Shown one piece after another: positions 60,700 through 64,000 of a DNA stretch of 64,000 nucleotides (position 1 is the stretch's first letter; every line of letters starts with the position of its first letter). Under the pieces are notes generated by a model that saw nothing but the letters and a program-made list of their open reading frames with translations, searched no databases and was not told the origin of the DNA. The DNA is from Camelus ferus (taxonomy: Eukaryota): the NCBI RefSeq assembly GCF_009834535.1, contig NC_045724.1, forward strand, positions 17,918,001 through 17,982,000. The letters run 5' to 3'. The position numbers were made by a program, and so were the translations under genes.

Positions 60700-60860
60700 G
60701 GCTGAGCCCTGCAATGCATCATCTCATGTCACCTGCCTGGTGGCAACCCTGTGTCAGCACCACCCTCATTTAATCAGAGAAGGAAGTTTCCTGGAGATTC
60801 ACAGAAGTAAGTGGTGAGACCAAGATTCGAGCCACTAACCTAACCACTGTGCTTCTATCC
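60700..60860 (-). mobile_element. MIR SINE
   Basis: caaccctgtg...cacagaagtaagtggtgagaccaagattcgagcc. Confidence 0.6.
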
Positions 60861-60924
60861 ATTGTGAGAAGTGACTTCTGAGAAGCTGGCTGCCTATTCC
60901 CAGGGCCTTAGGTAATGATAAAAA

Positions 60925-61160
60925 CCTAATAACATGTATATAATAAAATGAAAATGGCCAAAAGAAATCCACGGGTTTAGAAGCCAGGATAGTGATTACT
61001 CTCTGGAGGGAGAAGGAGGGACTGGAAAGGTCACAAGGGGGCTTCTAGGTGCCAGAGAGTTTCTGTTCCTTGATCCAGATGTGGTGACACAAATGTGTTC
61101 ACTTTGTAATCAACTCATAAATTCATGAACACTTATGCTTGTTCACTTTATATATATGCT
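60925..61160 (+). mobile_element. L1ME/L1MC-type 3' end
   Basis: agaagccaggatagtgattac...gggcttctaggtgc...ttccttgatccagatgtggtgacacaaatgtgttcactttgt...acacttatg. Confidence 0.8.
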
Positions 61161-61254
61161 TAGGTAATAGACTCAAAGAAAGAAGAGATAACTCATGAAG
61201 TCTGGGGGCCCACTGGAGAAATACTCCAGGGATTAATCTGCCCCACTTGTATGA

Positions 61255-61385
61255 GGCTTTAGGTTCAGGGCCTCCCTGACTTCCACTATGAGGTGGACAG
61301 GCTGAGGGCTAACACTCCCATTTAGCAGAGGGGCAAACTGAGCCCTGGAAGAGGGAAGTGACTTACCCAAGCCTCCCAGCTGCAG
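61255..61385 (-). mobile_element. MIR SINE
   Basis: cccatttagcagaggggcaaactgagccctggaagagggaagtgacttacccaag. Confidence 0.7.
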
Positions 61386-61719
61386 GTGGTCGGGCTCCCA
61401 CCCTCTCTGGTGGTCGGGCTTGCCCCACTCTAATTCGCTGAGTATCACAGACAGGTGACAAGACAGGAGGGGCTGAGGAAGGCTCAGCACCCAGACTGGG
61501 GACTGGCTGGCCTCTTTTGCACATGGGGTGGGGGAGCCTGGGGCCACCCCAGGAAGGAAAGGCCAGGCCAAGGTCAGGAGGCAGAGGTTTGCACCAGGAG
61601 TGGGGTTTAGAAGCCAGGATGGATGGAGTGGGTGGAAGGAGCAATTCCAAGGGAAAGGACTAAGAGAAGCCTGTGCCTTCAAGTCCAGTGGAGACCAAGT
61701 AAAGGGCCTGGGTTGGATC

Positions 61720-61860
61720 TCAGCCAGCCACTTCCATAGGGAGTAACCTGGGCAAGTTTTCTGACTCTTCTAATACTTGACATGCTTATCTGTAAATGGG
61801 GACAGAGAGGACCAGCCTCCTCCACTCCCCCACTGGATTATTCCAAGGAAGGAAGAGTAG
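61720..61860 (+). mobile_element. MIR SINE
   Basis: aacctgggcaagttttctgactc...cttatctgtaaatggggac. Confidence 0.65.
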
Positions 61861-63326
61861 GGTTTGGCTACATGGTAGGAAGGAAGATGGTGCTGTAGGT
61901 TTGGCTGAGAGCATTTCGAGGGAGGGCACAGTATGAACAAAGGCAGGTGGCTGGAAAGTAAGGATCCAGGACAGGAGGGTCAGAAAAGCTTGGAGATTAA
62001 AGCCTCACACAAACAGCATGAATTTCTACAATGCAGGGTGTGTGCTGGGGATCAGACTGGGAGATACCCAGAGAGGAGGGGTCAATGGAAAAGGCCTCCA
62101 AGCCATCTTCCTCTTGAGGGGGCAAGGCTGGGAGAGGGGACCTGAGCCTGTGACTCTCCTGGACAAGGACGTGACCAGGCATTCAGCTCTTTGTGGCTGG
62201 CAAGTTCCCCACTCCAGGGAGGTGGGCTGGCTGACGGATGATGAAGACAGTGAGCGGGACAATTGCACTGCACCTAGTGATTACACCCTGGGTGAAATCT
62301 CTCAGCTGCATTATCGCATTGGAGAGAAGAGCGGGCTTTTTTAATAGATGGACAGGAGGCTTCCACTTACGGTTATTATGAAGAGGGAGAGCCCAGCCCC
62401 TCCCGGCTTCCAGCCAGCCACAAAGTTGCAAAGTAATTAAAGGCTGCTAAGGAATCAGAGAAATTACAATAATTCCATCACTAGAGAGTTCTCTCTCTCT
62501 CTTTCTCTCTCTTGTTTTCTAGTAGGAAACAAGGTGGGTCAGGCAGACTGCGAACACATCAAAACAAGATTATTGTGAGAGAGCCTCAATGTTATGGGGG
62601 GCTGCTGGGCATGTCCCCAAGCTGTTTGGACAATATTTGAACTTGTTAGGGTAAGTAGAGGGGCTGAGACAAAATCCCAGAGCCCCCAAGAAGAGGAAAG
62701 ACAGCAGTGGTCCACACTCTCACGTGGGCCAAGAAGGCAGCTGGGCAGGCCGCTGCTCCTGGGGTGTGGGGCAACTGCGGGGGTCCAGGAGGCAACAACC
62801 CCTCTGCATCATTAATAAGAATGTCCTGAGTGCTGGGGGGTGAAGTGAGGAGACATATGGATAGATTACTTCCTCTCCCTGGATCACTGTTTCACTTGTA
62901 AATGCCACCTCCTTTAAGTCTTAGCTTAGTTTTCTGCTCCTCTGAGAAGCTGGTTCTGACCTTTCCCTACAAAATTAGAAAACAGAAATCCTTGGGAAAT
63001 CTACCACTGAATGGATTTGTTAAAACAGATAACCTCTCTGGTGGTTTTCAGTCCATTGGAAGTGAAGGCGTGGGAGTCATGGAAGGATATACCAGATGTT
63101 TGAGAAGCATGAACTATGCATCCAACATAAAATGAGTGAGCCAGGGTGAATTAGGAGGACTGAGACAAGATGCAGTAAGAATGAAGGAAAGCTTCATGGA
63201 AGGGAAGGAGTGTGAACAGACTTGGAGATGTGAAAAGACAATATTTAAGAAAAAGCCATCATTCTAGAAAGATTGACTCATTATGAGGGAAAACATGAAA
63301 GAAAAAAAAAAAAAAAAAGCCAAGCA

Positions 63327-63452
63327 TGGAGGCACATCCTCAGAGGAGAGGGAGTGCATTTAGACCCATGTGCAACTGTACAAATTGTGGTGTGGCTTTA
63401 TTGAAAGTGCTAAGAATAAACTGTTTACAAAACAACAACAACAAAAAAACAG
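63327..63452 (+). mobile_element. Candidate short retroposed insert of unknown source, flanked by 12-bp TSD
   Basis: AAAAGCCAAGCA at 63315-63326 and 63453-63464; AATAAA at 63415-63420 followed by an (AAC)n/A-rich tail. Confidence 0.6.
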
Positions 63453-63604
63453 AAAAGCCAAGCAGTGTACAAAATCTAAAGTTGTCTTTTTCCTTTTATT
63501 GTCAAGTTTCTGGACATAAAAAAGATTGGGAAGTACTATATATGCTACCACAAAAAAATAAATTGAGAAAGAAATGTCTGCTTTCTTTTTAATTGCTTGG
63601 TTTG

Positions 63605-64000
63605 GAAGGTCCAAGAGAAACATGGCAGTTTGAAAACAGATGTTTGTATCTGCTCCCTCATAAAACCCTACTACAATGATACTAAAAGGGGGAAAAAGGG
63701 CAGAAACCTATAAGAACAAAGGGAAAAGTAATCATAATGGACAAGATATTTTGACAAAATTTTGGAAGCTGGAAAGCAGATGGCCAAGTATTAACTGATT
63801 TAGTGGAGATGAGAGAGCTGACCCCCCCCCCCCCAAGAGGTGGAGAGGAAACATGACAAGGACCAAGTTGGCTCCCACCACAAGCCACAGGACTTCAAAT
63901 CAGAGAGACATGAAGTTCTTCTGTGAATGGGAGTATAGGATGGGGGTGAAGTTGGGAGAATTGGTTGCAGGTTTTACAAGGAACAATTAGACCCTCAGAT
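63605..64000 (+). mobile_element. Ancient L1M/HAL1-type 5' UTR (runs off the window)
   Basis: aaacatggc...tttgtatctgctccctcataaaaccctactacaatga...gacaaaattttggaagctggaaagcagatgg parallels the 5' end of the element at 26945. Confidence 0.6.

Larger units (their letters stand above)
18679..64000 (-). other. CDH23: CDH23 intron 6 (partial, >45.3 kb)
   Basis: The preceding exon (VITRKVNIQVGDVNDNAPTF...) appears in no ORF of the track; this intron is recalled as about 55 kb in human. Confidence 0.85.

Noticed and set aside
30365-61370. Isolated minus-strand donor-like GTAAG sites (about 30370, 34725, 39735, 51570, 61365) as cryptic exons or recursive splice sites
   Set aside because: No paired acceptor or YAG|GT with a pyrimidine tract; the count is compatible with chance.
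1-64000. Nested genes VSIR and C10orf105, CDH23-AS1, and CDH23 exons 6 and 10
   Set aside because: None of their sequences was recognised; as I recall they lie elsewhere in the locus. No tRNA, rRNA or CRISPR features were seen.

Overview
Mammalian genomic DNA containing part of CDH23 (cadherin-23, the upper tip-link cadherin; USH1D/DFNB12) on the minus strand. Three coding exons are present: 18678-18484 (195 nt), 14843-14715 (129 nt) and 6743-6665 (79 nt). They correspond to human exons 7-9 (c.430-832; EC2 and the start of EC3) and all have canonical AG/GT boundaries and a continuous reading frame. The rest is intron: more than 45 kb of intron 6 (18679 to the window end), introns 7 and 8, and the start of intron 9. 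The introns contain ancient eutherian repeats (MIR, L2, HAL1/L1M, MER5A, MER33, MER58B, MER8, MLT1, LTR16), a few younger L1 3' ends and three assembly gaps. The L1 3' ends and the absence of recognisable Alu, B1, Bov-A, PRE1, CanSINE or ERE elements suggest a camelid (inference from recalled consensus). I found no convincing new gene or new biological system; nearly all ORF-track entries are spurious. The best leads are: (1) the splice architecture of the 129-nt exon, which is the orthologue of the mouse ahl exon (c.753G state, weak AAG acceptor, in-frame cryptic donor 21 nt downstream, upstream UGCAUG/UG element); (2) an unidentified 126-bp insertion flanked by a target-site duplication (TSD); (3) a young sense-oriented L1 with a perfect 13-bp TSD and AATAAA; (4) a perfect 22-bp palindrome inside MER8; (5) several motif-dense, repeat-free segments that may be hair-cell or photoreceptor enhancers. 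Repeat family names come from recalled consensus sequences, and repeat boundaries are approximate unless TSDs or terminal inverted repeats (TIRs) are given.
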